From contig JBBQPO010000090.1 in assembly GCA_038217285.1 (NCBI GenBank), positions 1 to 20,024 of the forward strand: DNA of 20,024 nt, given 5' to 3'. A model generated the notes under the pieces. It did not search any database. It had not been told where the DNA came from and was given only the letters and a program-made list of their open reading frames with translations. Origin of the DNA: Chthonomonadales bacterium. Its GTDB lineage: Bacteria; Armatimonadota; Chthonomonadetes; Chthonomonadales; Chthonomonadaceae. A program made the position numbers and the translations under genes. Shown in pieces: positions 8,488 to 16,983 of this stretch (position 1 is its first letter; each line of letters begins with the position of its first letter).

Positions 8488-8515
8488 GGAACTTTTTCTG
8501 CCCGATAAGGGCGTA
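8488..8515 (+). promoter_or_regulatory. Putative ECF-sigma promoter GGAACTT-N17-CGTA
   Basis: GGAACTT 8488-8494, 17-nt spacer, CGTA 8512-8515. Downstream of the hairpin and ~110 nt upstream of the first TPR gene. Confidence 0.45.
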
Positions 8516-8625
8516 TTCTGATTAGGCACCGCACTCGCCTCAGGCAGTTCTCCTTACTCCCTTCGACTTACCTGGGTAGAGTGTGTCCGCCATAAACATC
8601 GATTCAGAGGCACACACTTTTTGAG

Positions 8626-9909
8626 ATGACTATGGAGATCCTTGCAACTTTGGAAACCGCTCCACCGTCCAAGCCACGGACACGCCGCCTGATCGTTCTG
8701 TTCGTCGTTGGGCTGACAGCGATCATTGTCAGTCTCGGAGTGCGCAATAGCACCTGGGCGAAAGAGCGGCGTCTGAAGAACCTCGTCGTGGAAGATCTGG
8801 CTCTTTCCATCCATGATGAACCGAACGATCCCCTCACGTTCCTATACTACGGCTCCGCTCTGCTCAAAGCCAATGATCTGCCGGATAGCGAGCAGGCGTT
8901 TGAACGCGCCACCCAGCTCGATCCCAGGATGGCGCGTGCTTTTCTCGGGCTAGGCAGCGTTCAGTTCCGGCGAGGAGAGCTGCCGGCAGCACAAAAGACG
9001 TTCGAGACGGCGGTGACGCTCGACCCGAAAAGCACCGACGGCTATCTCGGGCTGGCGCAGGTCTACTATCAACAGGGGATGGCGGCGCATGCCGCCGCAC
9101 CCCTCCAAAAAATCGTGGCCCTAGAGCCGAAGAATGCCCCGGCCTGGTATTTTTTGGGTAAGATGTACGGCGAAGCCCACGAATCGGACAAAGCGCTCGA
9201 GGCGCTGCAGAAAGCCACGCAGTACGATCCCAAACAGGGGATCTATTGGCGCGACCTCGGACAACTGGAACGACACTACTCCCGAAATGCCGAGGCGGAG
9301 AAAGCCTTGACAACGGCGCTGCACTACAGTCCCAACGATTCCGTTGGCTACCTGTGGCTCGGCCAGCTCTATGCGCAGATGGGGGATTCGCCGAAGCTGC
9401 GCGGGCAAGCGGAACAGTGTTTCCTCTCAGCCATCGCCCGCGACCCTAAGATGCAAGATGCCTATCTAGGCCTCGGGCAACTGTATCAGCGCAGCAGCAA
9501 CTACTCCGCCGCTGTCACCTATTTCCGTAAGGCGTTCGAACTGGACAACTCCGACTCACAAGCGCTTCTCGCGGAAGGCCAGTGCCTGGTACAACTCGGC
9601 CGGAAGGCCGAAGGCCAACAGATGATTGCCGGCGCACAGGCGCTGGAAACCGCCAAACGGGATCTGGACTACATGCAGAAGCGCATCCTCGCCGAGCCGA
9701 AAACGCGTGAACTCCGCCTCCGTATGGCCCGCCTCTATCGCAAATATGAGAACTATACGGACGCCATCGGCCAGTATCAGGCCTATCAGCGCCTCGGCCC
9801 GGTCGATCCCATTGTCGAAAAAGAGTTGAACGACTACGGTATGGCGCTTCAAAAACAGGGCCTTTTGCGCGGAAACGCTCCTCCTCCCGCCCCAGTAGGG
9901 TCGCAATGA
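8626..9909 (+). CDS. Membrane-anchored tetratricopeptide repeat protein (TPR-1, 427 aa)
   Basis: N-terminal TM (LIVLFVVGLTAIIVSLGV). Many TPR motifs (AFERATQLDP...AFLGLG, AWYFLGKMY, AYLGLGQLY). ATGA overlap with the next gene. Confidence 0.92.
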   Translation: MTMEILATLETAPPSKPRTRRLIVLFVVGLTAIIVSLGVRNSTWAKERRLKNLVVEDLALSIHDEPNDPLTFLYYGSALLKANDLPDSEQAFERATQLDPRMARAFLGLGSVQFRRGELPAAQKTFETAVTLDPKSTDGYLGLAQVYYQQGMAAHAAAPLQKIVALEPKNAPAWYFLGKMYGEAHESDKALEALQKATQYDPKQGIYWRDLGQLERHYSRNAEAEKALTTALHYSPNDSVGYLWLGQLYAQMGDSPKLRGQAEQCFLSAIARDPKMQDAYLGLGQLYQRSSNYSAAVTYFRKAFELDNSDSQALLAEGQCLVQLGRKAEGQQMIAGAQALETAKRDLDYMQKRILAEPKTRELRLRMARLYRKYENYTDAIGQYQAYQRLGPVDPIVEKELNDYGMALQKQGLLRGNAPPPAPVGSQ

Positions 9910-11636
9910 CCGTCCGCAACCGCCTGGTTCTGTTTTTGTTGCTGACGTCTTGCTGCCTCGCGATGGGCTGTAACCGTGTCAAGCCGTCTGTCGCCGGTCC
10001 GCCTGCGAAAGGCAGCCAGGGGCTGCCCCCTAGGAACGGCATGGAACAGTATGCTGTGCCACTTCCGCCAGGTACGCAACCGTGGTTCGAAGATCGAGCG
10101 GTCGCCCTTGGTATCGATTTTAAGATGGGACACAACGGCAAGACGCCGCTGGATGTCCTCGAAATGATGGGGCCGGGCTGCGCTGTTTGTGACCTCGACG
10201 GGGATGGACACGCCGATATTCTGATCGTCGGGGAGACCGGGACGACGCCTGGAGGCCGCTGCGCTCTCTACCGCAACAACGGCGATGGCACCTTTAAAGA
10301 CGTGACCTCCGGAAGCGGACTGGAAGCGCCGGGGCTCTATATGGGCGTCGCGATAGCAGACATCGACAATGACGGCAAACCTGACATCCTGATTACCGGC
10401 TACGGCGTCGTGAAACTGTTCCGCAATCTCGGCCACTGCAAATTTCAGGACATTACAAAAGGCTCCGGCCTGGAAGCGAAGTCTCCGACAGACTGGGCCA
10501 CGAGCGCAGCCTTCGCCGACATCGACCGTGACGGTTTGGTGGATCTCTATGTCGGTCGGTATGTGATCTTCAATGACAAATCGCTCAAGTTCTGTGACTA
10601 TGGCATTCCCGCCTCCTGCGGCCCGATCTTCTACGATCCCCAGATCGGCAGTCTCTATAAGAACCTGGGACACGGCAAATTCCGAGATATTTCTCGGGCG
10701 TGGGGGCTGGACGCCAAAGGGAAGTGTCTCGGAGTGGCCTTCGCCGATGTCAACAACGATGGCTGGCCGGATCTCTACCTGGCCAACGACGAGATGCCAG
10801 GCGATCTCTTTATAAACGACAGGGGTAAAGGGTTTCACAACACCGGCACTGAGGCCGGCGTGGCTCTCTCCGGCAGCGCGCAGATGCAGGGCGCCATGGG
10901 CGTCGATTTCGGGGACTATAACCGGGACGGCAATCTCGATCTGTTCGTCACGACCTACGAGTTCGAGGCGAAGAGCCTCTATCGTAATAAAGGACAGGCG
11001 TTGTTCGGTATCGTCAGCGCAGAGACGGGCATCGGGCTGCCGACAGCCCCGTTTGTCGGGTTCGGGACGAAGTTCATCGATGTGCAGAACCGGGGATGGC
11101 TCGACATCGCTATCGCGAACGGCCATATCCACGACAATCAGGAGAAGATTGACAAACTGGGCCACTACAAGCAGCCGATGCAGCTCTTGATGAATGAGGA
11201 CGGCAAGACGTTTATAGATCGCACACGCGAGGCGGGGCCGGGCTTCACGACGCCCGGTGTCGGGCGCGGACTGGCCCTCGGCGACCTGAACGACGACGGC
11301 CTGGAAGACATCGTCATCACCGACCTGGAAGGTCCGGTGCGTGTGTTGATGAACCACTCGCCAGGGCATGGCAACTGGCTGCGCATTGGCCTGGAAGGCA
11401 CGAAAAGCAACCGGATGGGCCTGGGAGCACGGATCACGTTGACAGCCGGAGGCCAGACATGGATCAAAGAGGCGACGACGGGAGGAAGCTACCTCTCTGC
11501 CAGCGACCCTCGCGTCCATTTCGGCCTGGGCAGCCTGAACATAGTCGATAAGGTCGAAGTCCGCTGGCCGAGCGGCAGACAGAGCGTCGTCCGGAACCCG
11601 CATGTTCCCGGCGACCTGATGATACGAGAACCATAA
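9906..11636 (+). CDS. FG-GAP/VCBS-repeat + C-terminal ASPIC/UnbV domain (CRTAC1-family) lipoprotein (576 aa)
   Basis: Lipobox-like LAMGC. Repeated DxDxDGxxD motifs (DLDGDGHAD, DIDNDGKPD, DIDRDGLVD, DVNNDGWPD, DYNRDGNLD, DLNDDGLED). C-terminal SNRMGLGARI...GGSYLSASDPRVHFGLG...VRWPSG. Confidence 0.92.
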   Translation: MTVRNRLVLFLLLTSCCLAMGCNRVKPSVAGPPAKGSQGLPPRNGMEQYAVPLPPGTQPWFEDRAVALGIDFKMGHNGKTPLDVLEMMGPGCAVCDLDGDGHADILIVGETGTTPGGRCALYRNNGDGTFKDVTSGSGLEAPGLYMGVAIADIDNDGKPDILITGYGVVKLFRNLGHCKFQDITKGSGLEAKSPTDWATSAAFADIDRDGLVDLYVGRYVIFNDKSLKFCDYGIPASCGPIFYDPQIGSLYKNLGHGKFRDISRAWGLDAKGKCLGVAFADVNNDGWPDLYLANDEMPGDLFINDRGKGFHNTGTEAGVALSGSAQMQGAMGVDFGDYNRDGNLDLFVTTYEFEAKSLYRNKGQALFGIVSAETGIGLPTAPFVGFGTKFIDVQNRGWLDIAIANGHIHDNQEKIDKLGHYKQPMQLLMNEDGKTFIDRTREAGPGFTTPGVGRGLALGDLNDDGLEDIVITDLEGPVRVLMNHSPGHGNWLRIGLEGTKSNRMGLGARITLTAGGQTWIKEATTGGSYLSASDPRVHFGLGSLNIVDKVEVRWPSGRQSVVRNPHVPGDLMIREP

Positions 11637-12889
11637 TGACACCACTGCCTTCTTCCCGTAATCTGATTTTAGGACGTCTACTGCGGATCTGCGCCCTGCT
11701 GGCTCTGCCGGTAATCGTTCTCTATTTCGTCGCGCTGGCCGGACTGGCTTCGCATGATAACTGGGTCGACAAAACCTCTCTTTCCGATCTGCAGGCGCAG
11801 GTCGAAAAGAATCCGGACGATGCGGAGATGACTTTTAAGCTGGCCCATCGTATGGTCGGAGAGGGGAATTCGCGCGGCGCGTTTGTGCTGATGCAGCGCC
11901 TCGTGAAGCAACAGCCGAACTCGGTCACCTATTGGGAAGGCTATGGACGCTGTGCGGCTGCCAATAACGATATGCTGGAAGCGGTGCGCGCCTACCGACG
12001 TGTGCTGGAACTGAACCCCCGTGCGGCTCAGGCGCATGCCTATCTGGGCCAGATCGAAGTCAAGGCGGGGCTGACGACCGAGGGCCTCGTGGAGATCGAT
12101 ACGGCACGCAAGATCGATCCCAAGGTAGGGATAAACCTCGCCGTCTGGGCGGAGGCGCTGGTAAAAAATAAACGCCTGCAGGAGGCGTACGATGCCATCG
12201 TGACGTCTATCAGTATCGACCCGACGCAGGACAGCCTCTATCCGCTTTTCGGTCGCCTCGCGCCTCAGGTCGGCAAAGTGGACAATGCCCGGATGCTGCT
12301 CTGGCGGCGAGTCAGCGTCTCCGCCATGTATCCGACGGGGGAGGCACGGTCTGCGCTGGTACGCCTGACCCTGTCGCAGTCGCATGACGCGAAGACTCTT
12401 GCCGAGGACGAGGAGCTGGCCCGCGATGCCGTGCCGGGCAAGGTTGCGGATTTCAATGCGGCTCTGGCGGAGGTGCTGTTGGTGAAGAACGACCTGCGAG
12501 GAGCGCGAAAGACCCTGCTGGAAGGTCTGACTTATGGAAAAGACGATCCGGCCTGTCTGCGACTCCTGGTAAAGATAGCAGAGAAACAGGGTAAGACGGC
12601 GGAAGTCGCGCAGTGGCGCGCAAAACTTCCTTTAGAGCAGAGGGAAAGCGCCCAGGTCGTTGCCTTGAGGCAGTCCGTCGCGGCCGCGCCCGAAGACAAT
12701 ACGAAACGCATGGCGTTGGCACAGGCGCTTTACAAGGATGCGGAGTATGGCCCTGCCGCGGAGACCTGCCTGGAGATACTGCAGCGGCTTCCGAACGATG
12801 CGACCGCGTCGGCGCTGCTGGCCAAATCCCGCGAAGAGGCCATTCATAAACTCGCGCAGTCTCCCGAGGTTTTGGAAGGCAAGAACTGA
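11636..12889 (+). CDS. Membrane-anchored TPR protein (TPR-2, 417 aa)
   Basis: TAATG overlap with the upstream stop. N-terminal TM (ICALLALPVIVLYFVALAGL). TPR motifs (AVRAYRRVLELNPRAAQAHAYLG). Confidence 0.88.
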   Translation: MTPLPSSRNLILGRLLRICALLALPVIVLYFVALAGLASHDNWVDKTSLSDLQAQVEKNPDDAEMTFKLAHRMVGEGNSRGAFVLMQRLVKQQPNSVTYWEGYGRCAAANNDMLEAVRAYRRVLELNPRAAQAHAYLGQIEVKAGLTTEGLVEIDTARKIDPKVGINLAVWAEALVKNKRLQEAYDAIVTSISIDPTQDSLYPLFGRLAPQVGKVDNARMLLWRRVSVSAMYPTGEARSALVRLTLSQSHDAKTLAEDEELARDAVPGKVADFNAALAEVLLVKNDLRGARKTLLEGLTYGKDDPACLRLLVKIAEKQGKTAEVAQWRAKLPLEQRESAQVVALRQSVAAAPEDNTKRMALAQALYKDAEYGPAAETCLEILQRLPNDATASALLAKSREEAIHKLAQSPEVLEGKN

Positions 12890-12910
12890 CTTGCAGAGAG
12901 CAGCAGGAAA

Positions 12911-14041
12911 ATGGTGCGAGTGAACAGGATCCATGCCGTGGCGCTTCTGCTGACCTTGTTGTCGGTGGCTCTGCTGCTGCTGGCGGGTTGTACACACCGC
13001 GACACCCCTACGACGGTAAAGCCCGCTTCGGATGAGAGAAGCGAATTTGTCGGCAATAAGGCATGCGCGGAGTGCCATACCGCCGAATTCAAGTCCCACC
13101 AGGGCAGCCGACACGATCGTTCGCTGCAGGCCGCCACGCGTGCCGCCCTGGGTAGCCTGACGCCTGACCTGGGAGTCGTTCCCCTGGCAGGCTATGCGAT
13201 GGCTGAACGAGACGGCGCCTTGACCCTGGAACGCCAGGGATTGGGTTCTAAGAAGCCGGAGGCGCAGTCGCTTCAACTGGTGCTCGGCTCCGGCAAACTT
13301 GGCATGACGTTCGTCACTCTGCTTGGGGACGATACGCTCATGGAGACCCGGATGAGTTTCTTTCCGCCCTATCGGCTGTGGGATATCACACCCGGACAGG
13401 AGATCAAGATTCCGGGCGACGCTCCGTTCGGGCGGGCGCATTCGGGCAGGGAAGCGCACAACTGTCTGGGCTGCCATGCGACCACGGTGCCCTCGCATCT
13501 TCTGCAGCTTGCGCCACGCTTCTATGGCGTGGGATGCGAAGCGTGTCATGGGGCGGGGAACGCGCATATAGAGGCGATGCGGGCGAAAAAGTACGGCGAG
13601 CCGCACATGGAGCATCTGGCTTCGAAGTCGCCGACGCAGATCGACGAACTGTGCGGCAGGTGCCATCGTACCGCCAGAGATGTAGACCTCCAGAGCCCGG
13701 AAGTCAACCTTACCCACCGCTTTCAACCCTATGCGCTGCAGAGGAGCGCCTGCCGTACCAAAAGTAATGAGCCGCTTTCGTGTCTGAGCTGCCACAATGC
13801 GCATACCGACGTCAGCACCGACCTGAAAGCCTATGAGAGAGCCTGTCTGAACTGCCACGCCGCGCCCGGAACCGCGCGCCCGACGCGGATCGACCCGACC
13901 GCCCGGCAGGCGAGGGTCTGTCCTGTGAACAAGACGAGCGGCTGTGTTGGATGCCATATGCGGCCCAAACCAGCCTTCACCCAGACGACTATTCCTGCAC
14001 AGATGGCGGATCATCTTATCTCCATCGAGAAGAAGAAGTGA
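12911..14041 (+). CDS. Multiheme c-type cytochrome lipoprotein, 7 CxxCH motifs (cytochrome c554-like N-terminus; 376 aa)
   Basis: Lipobox LLAGC. Motifs CAECH, CLGCH, CEACH, CGRCH, CLSCH, CLNCH, CVGCH(M). FVGNKACAECH...SRH start and terminal DHLI. Confidence 0.9.
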   Translation: MVRVNRIHAVALLLTLLSVALLLLAGCTHRDTPTTVKPASDERSEFVGNKACAECHTAEFKSHQGSRHDRSLQAATRAALGSLTPDLGVVPLAGYAMAERDGALTLERQGLGSKKPEAQSLQLVLGSGKLGMTFVTLLGDDTLMETRMSFFPPYRLWDITPGQEIKIPGDAPFGRAHSGREAHNCLGCHATTVPSHLLQLAPRFYGVGCEACHGAGNAHIEAMRAKKYGEPHMEHLASKSPTQIDELCGRCHRTARDVDLQSPEVNLTHRFQPYALQRSACRTKSNEPLSCLSCHNAHTDVSTDLKAYERACLNCHAAPGTARPTRIDPTARQARVCPVNKTSGCVGCHMRPKPAFTQTTIPAQMADHLISIEKKK

Positions 14042-14042
14042 A

Positions 14043-15290
14043 TTGACGAATACGTCCCCGATCGACTCATCCCCTTCCCTGCCGCCTGCCGACCGTCGCG
14101 TTGGACGGATTCTGGTCGTCCTGCTGGTCTGCGCGGCGCTGGGCAGCGTGGTCTGGTGGTACGGCCCCGGTAACAGCGCGAACCGCTATAGCCGGATGTC
14201 TCTGCTAGATCTCAACCACACGCTGAATCGCGATCCGCACGACCGCGCTGCGGCGCGGATGCTAGCCCTGCGCCTCGCGCGGTCCGGCGATGCGGAGCTG
14301 GCCGAGCCAGCCCTGCGAAACTCCCTGCTTCTGAGTCCGAACGATCCCGAAGTGATGACGGGCCTCGGCGAGCTGATGATGGCGAAAAGGAGCTATCCGG
14401 AGGCGTTTCAACTGCTGAAGTCGGCGGCGGAACGGTTCCCGCACTATGGGCTGGGGCGCTCCGCCCTGGGGCGTCTCTACATGAAAAAAGGCTCCTATCT
14501 CCATGCCTCCACGGAGTTCGAGGCGGTGGTTGAACAGGATAAGAGTGCGGACGACGCCTGGTATCAGTTGGCGGTCTGCTACCTGGAGATGCAACAGTCG
14601 GCGAAGGCGCAGGCGGCGATCGATGCCGCCCTGCATCTGCAGTCGAACGAGCCGCACTATCTGGCGCTCAAAGGCAGTGTAGATGTCGCGGTCGGCAATG
14701 CCGGAGCCGGCATCGACGAAACCAAACGCGCCTCCGAGCTTGCGCCGCGGGATGTTCGGATCAACTCTACGCTCGTCAACCTGCTGCTGGCCCAGCATCG
14801 AAACGACGCCGACCTCGATCTCGCCGAGAAGTCCATAGGGAAGCTGGAACAGATGAACCCGGACTACCCTCTGCTACCCTATCAGCGTGGGGAGCTCGAA
14901 CGTCTGCGGCAGCATTGGGAACCCGCCGCGCACTATCTGGAGAGAGCGCTCCAGACGACGCCGCAACAGGATGAGGTCTACTTTTCGCTCAGTCAGGTCT
15001 ACCGCCGCCTGAACAGGATCCCTGACGCGGAGCGACTCATGAAACTCTATACCCGGCGACAGGACATACATCGCAAAATGGATGCCGTCCGAATCGATCT
15101 CGGCGCTCACACGGAGAATGCGATGCTCTACGCGAAGCTGGCCGACCTTCAGATGCAGATGGGGGATCGTCCTGCTGCCATAAGCAGCGTGAAGTCGGGT
15201 CTGATGATCGATCCGAAGAACGCTCTTTTGCAGAAATGGCTGCGTATTCTGGACCCGTCGACAAAAGTTGGGACAACGCCACCGCAATGA
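14043..15290 (+). CDS. Membrane-anchored TPR protein (TPR-3, ~415 aa)
   Basis: In-frame TTG at 14043, 1 nt after the cytochrome stop (the ORF-track start 13944 overlaps the cytochrome). TM ILVVLLVCAALGSVVWWYG. TPR motifs (AWYQLAVCY, VYFSLSQVYRRL). ATGA overlap with the next gene. Start approximate. Confidence 0.88.
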   Translation: MTNTSPIDSSPSLPPADRRVGRILVVLLVCAALGSVVWWYGPGNSANRYSRMSLLDLNHTLNRDPHDRAAARMLALRLARSGDAELAEPALRNSLLLSPNDPEVMTGLGELMMAKRSYPEAFQLLKSAAERFPHYGLGRSALGRLYMKKGSYLHASTEFEAVVEQDKSADDAWYQLAVCYLEMQQSAKAQAAIDAALHLQSNEPHYLALKGSVDVAVGNAGAGIDETKRASELAPRDVRINSTLVNLLLAQHRNDADLDLAEKSIGKLEQMNPDYPLLPYQRGELERLRQHWEPAAHYLERALQTTPQQDEVYFSLSQVYRRLNRIPDAERLMKLYTRRQDIHRKMDAVRIDLGAHTENAMLYAKLADLQMQMGDRPAAISSVKSGLMIDPKNALLQKWLRILDPSTKVGTTPPQ

Positions 15291-16930
15291 GACATCCCTC
15301 GTTAAGGTGGTTTCTGCTGCCCTGCCTGCTCTTCGCGGGATGCACCGGGAGGGTGAGCCCTCCGGGACGCATCGCCCCGATTCCTGTGCCGCCCACGTCT
15401 GCGGCCTCCTCTTCCCCGATCCGTTTCGAAAATGGGACTCAGAAGGCAGGGATCGACTTCTCGCTCGGGAATGCCGGACGGTCGCCGCTGAATATTCTGG
15501 AAACCTCGGGAGGCGGATGTGCCTTCCTCGACTACGACTCGGACGGCTGGCCCGATATTCTTCTGGTGGGGCCGCATCACGTCGCTCTCTATCATAACGA
15601 ACGCAACGGCACCTTCAAGAATGTGACGGCGCAGAGCGGGCTGGCGGCGGATCGAACCTGGATGGGCTGTACGGTGGGCGACTACGACGGGGACGGCAGA
15701 CCCGATATCTTCCTCACGGGCTACGGCTGTTATGCCCTCTATCGCAATCTGGGCGGAGGCAAATTCCAGGATGTGACGCGACAGAGCGGAATCGCCGGGC
15801 TGGAGTGGAGCATGAGCGCGGCCTTCGCCGATTTTACCGGCTCGGGACGGCTTGACCTGTTCGTCTCGCAGTATGTCCATTTCGACGCTCGTTCCAATCA
15901 GATCTGTGAGGTAGGCCGGACGCGCTCGGCCTGTGGCCCAGAAGTCTATGAAGCCCTGTCCGGCAAGCTGTTTCGCAATCTAGGCCAGGGCAAATTTCAG
16001 GCGGCGCCCTGGAAGGACACTGGCAAGACGTGGGGCGTTCTGGCCTCCGATCTGCTCGGCACAGGGCATCCTGCGCTCTACGAAGCCAACGATATGATGC
16101 CGGGGGATCTCTGGACCCGGCAGGGCAAAGGCTGGAAAAATGTCGGCCCGGACAACGGTACCGCTTATGATGGGCAGGGCCACTTGCAGGGCGGGATGGG
16201 CGTGGATTCGGGCGACTACAGAAACGAAGGGCGGTTGAGCCTGGTCGTCACGACCTACTTTGCGCAGCCGATCAGCCTCTACCACAACGATGGCAATGGC
16301 CTGTTCACCGTGGCGAGCGGCCCCAGCAATCTGGGCCCGCCAACGACGCCCTTCGTAAAATTCGGCGTCGGCTTCACCGACCTCGACAACGACGGTTGGC
16401 TCGATCTCATGCTGACGAACGGTCATGTCCGTGACAACGTGCATACCTTCGATTCGGCACAGAATTATGCCCAGCCGCTGCAGGTCTTCCACAACATGCA
16501 GGGACAGTTCGACGACGGTTCGGCAGTGTCAGGCATTGCGAACCTGCGCGCTGTGGGGCGGGGGATGGCGTTCTCGGATTTCGATCACGATGGCAAGGTG
16601 GATGTTCTGGTCTGCAATCTGGAAGGAAAGGCGATGCTGCTGCACAACGTCACGCCGACGGCGAACCACTGGCTGGAAGTGCGGCTTCAGTCCAAAGGCA
16701 GCAACCGGTTCGGCCTGGGCGCTCTGGTGACCGCGAAGGTCGGGAGCCTCTCGATGCTGCGTGAAATCCGCACCAGTGGCAGCGTCCTCTCCGCCTCCGA
16801 CCCTGTCGCGCATTTCGGCCTTGGCTCCGCCACCGGCCCCGTCGCCCTTTCCATTCGCTGGCCCGACGGCAAAAAACAGCGACTGTCCGTCTCCAAAATA
16901 GACGCCTCCCTCACCGTCTCTGCCCCCTGA
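15287..16930 (+). CDS. Second FG-GAP/VCBS + ASPIC/UnbV (CRTAC1-family) lipoprotein (547 aa)
   Basis: Start at ATG 15287 (ATGA overlap) gives MRHPSLRWFLLPCLLFAGC with a lipobox. DYDSDGWPD, DYDGDGRPD, DLDNDGWLD, DFDHDGKVD. C-terminal SNRFGLGA...SGSVLSASDPVAHFGLG...IRWPDG. Paralog of 9906-11636. Confidence 0.92.
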   Translation: MRHPSLRWFLLPCLLFAGCTGRVSPPGRIAPIPVPPTSAASSSPIRFENGTQKAGIDFSLGNAGRSPLNILETSGGGCAFLDYDSDGWPDILLVGPHHVALYHNERNGTFKNVTAQSGLAADRTWMGCTVGDYDGDGRPDIFLTGYGCYALYRNLGGGKFQDVTRQSGIAGLEWSMSAAFADFTGSGRLDLFVSQYVHFDARSNQICEVGRTRSACGPEVYEALSGKLFRNLGQGKFQAAPWKDTGKTWGVLASDLLGTGHPALYEANDMMPGDLWTRQGKGWKNVGPDNGTAYDGQGHLQGGMGVDSGDYRNEGRLSLVVTTYFAQPISLYHNDGNGLFTVASGPSNLGPPTTPFVKFGVGFTDLDNDGWLDLMLTNGHVRDNVHTFDSAQNYAQPLQVFHNMQGQFDDGSAVSGIANLRAVGRGMAFSDFDHDGKVDVLVCNLEGKAMLLHNVTPTANHWLEVRLQSKGSNRFGLGALVTAKVGSLSMLREIRTSGSVLSASDPVAHFGLGSATGPVALSIRWPDGKKQRLSVSKIDASLTVSAP

Positions 16931-16983
16931 CCCGTCGTGCTTAAAGGGCAGGCGCAGGCCCTCCTTGGGGCTGGCATTTCCGC

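Noticed and set aside
9849-11645. 598-aa minus-strand ORF (likewise 12632-14014, 7572-8534, 17961-18734)
   Set aside because: Antisense to genes with clear family motifs; no recognisable features.
9906-16930. Enediyne biosynthetic cluster, suggested by UnbV-like domains
   Set aside because: No enediyne PKS, thioesterase or other cassette genes in the window; ASPIC/UnbV proteins are widespread outside such clusters.
16931-16983. Possible terminator between converging genes (AGGGC...GCCCT)
   Set aside because: Only a ~5-bp stem with no U-tract; too weak to call.
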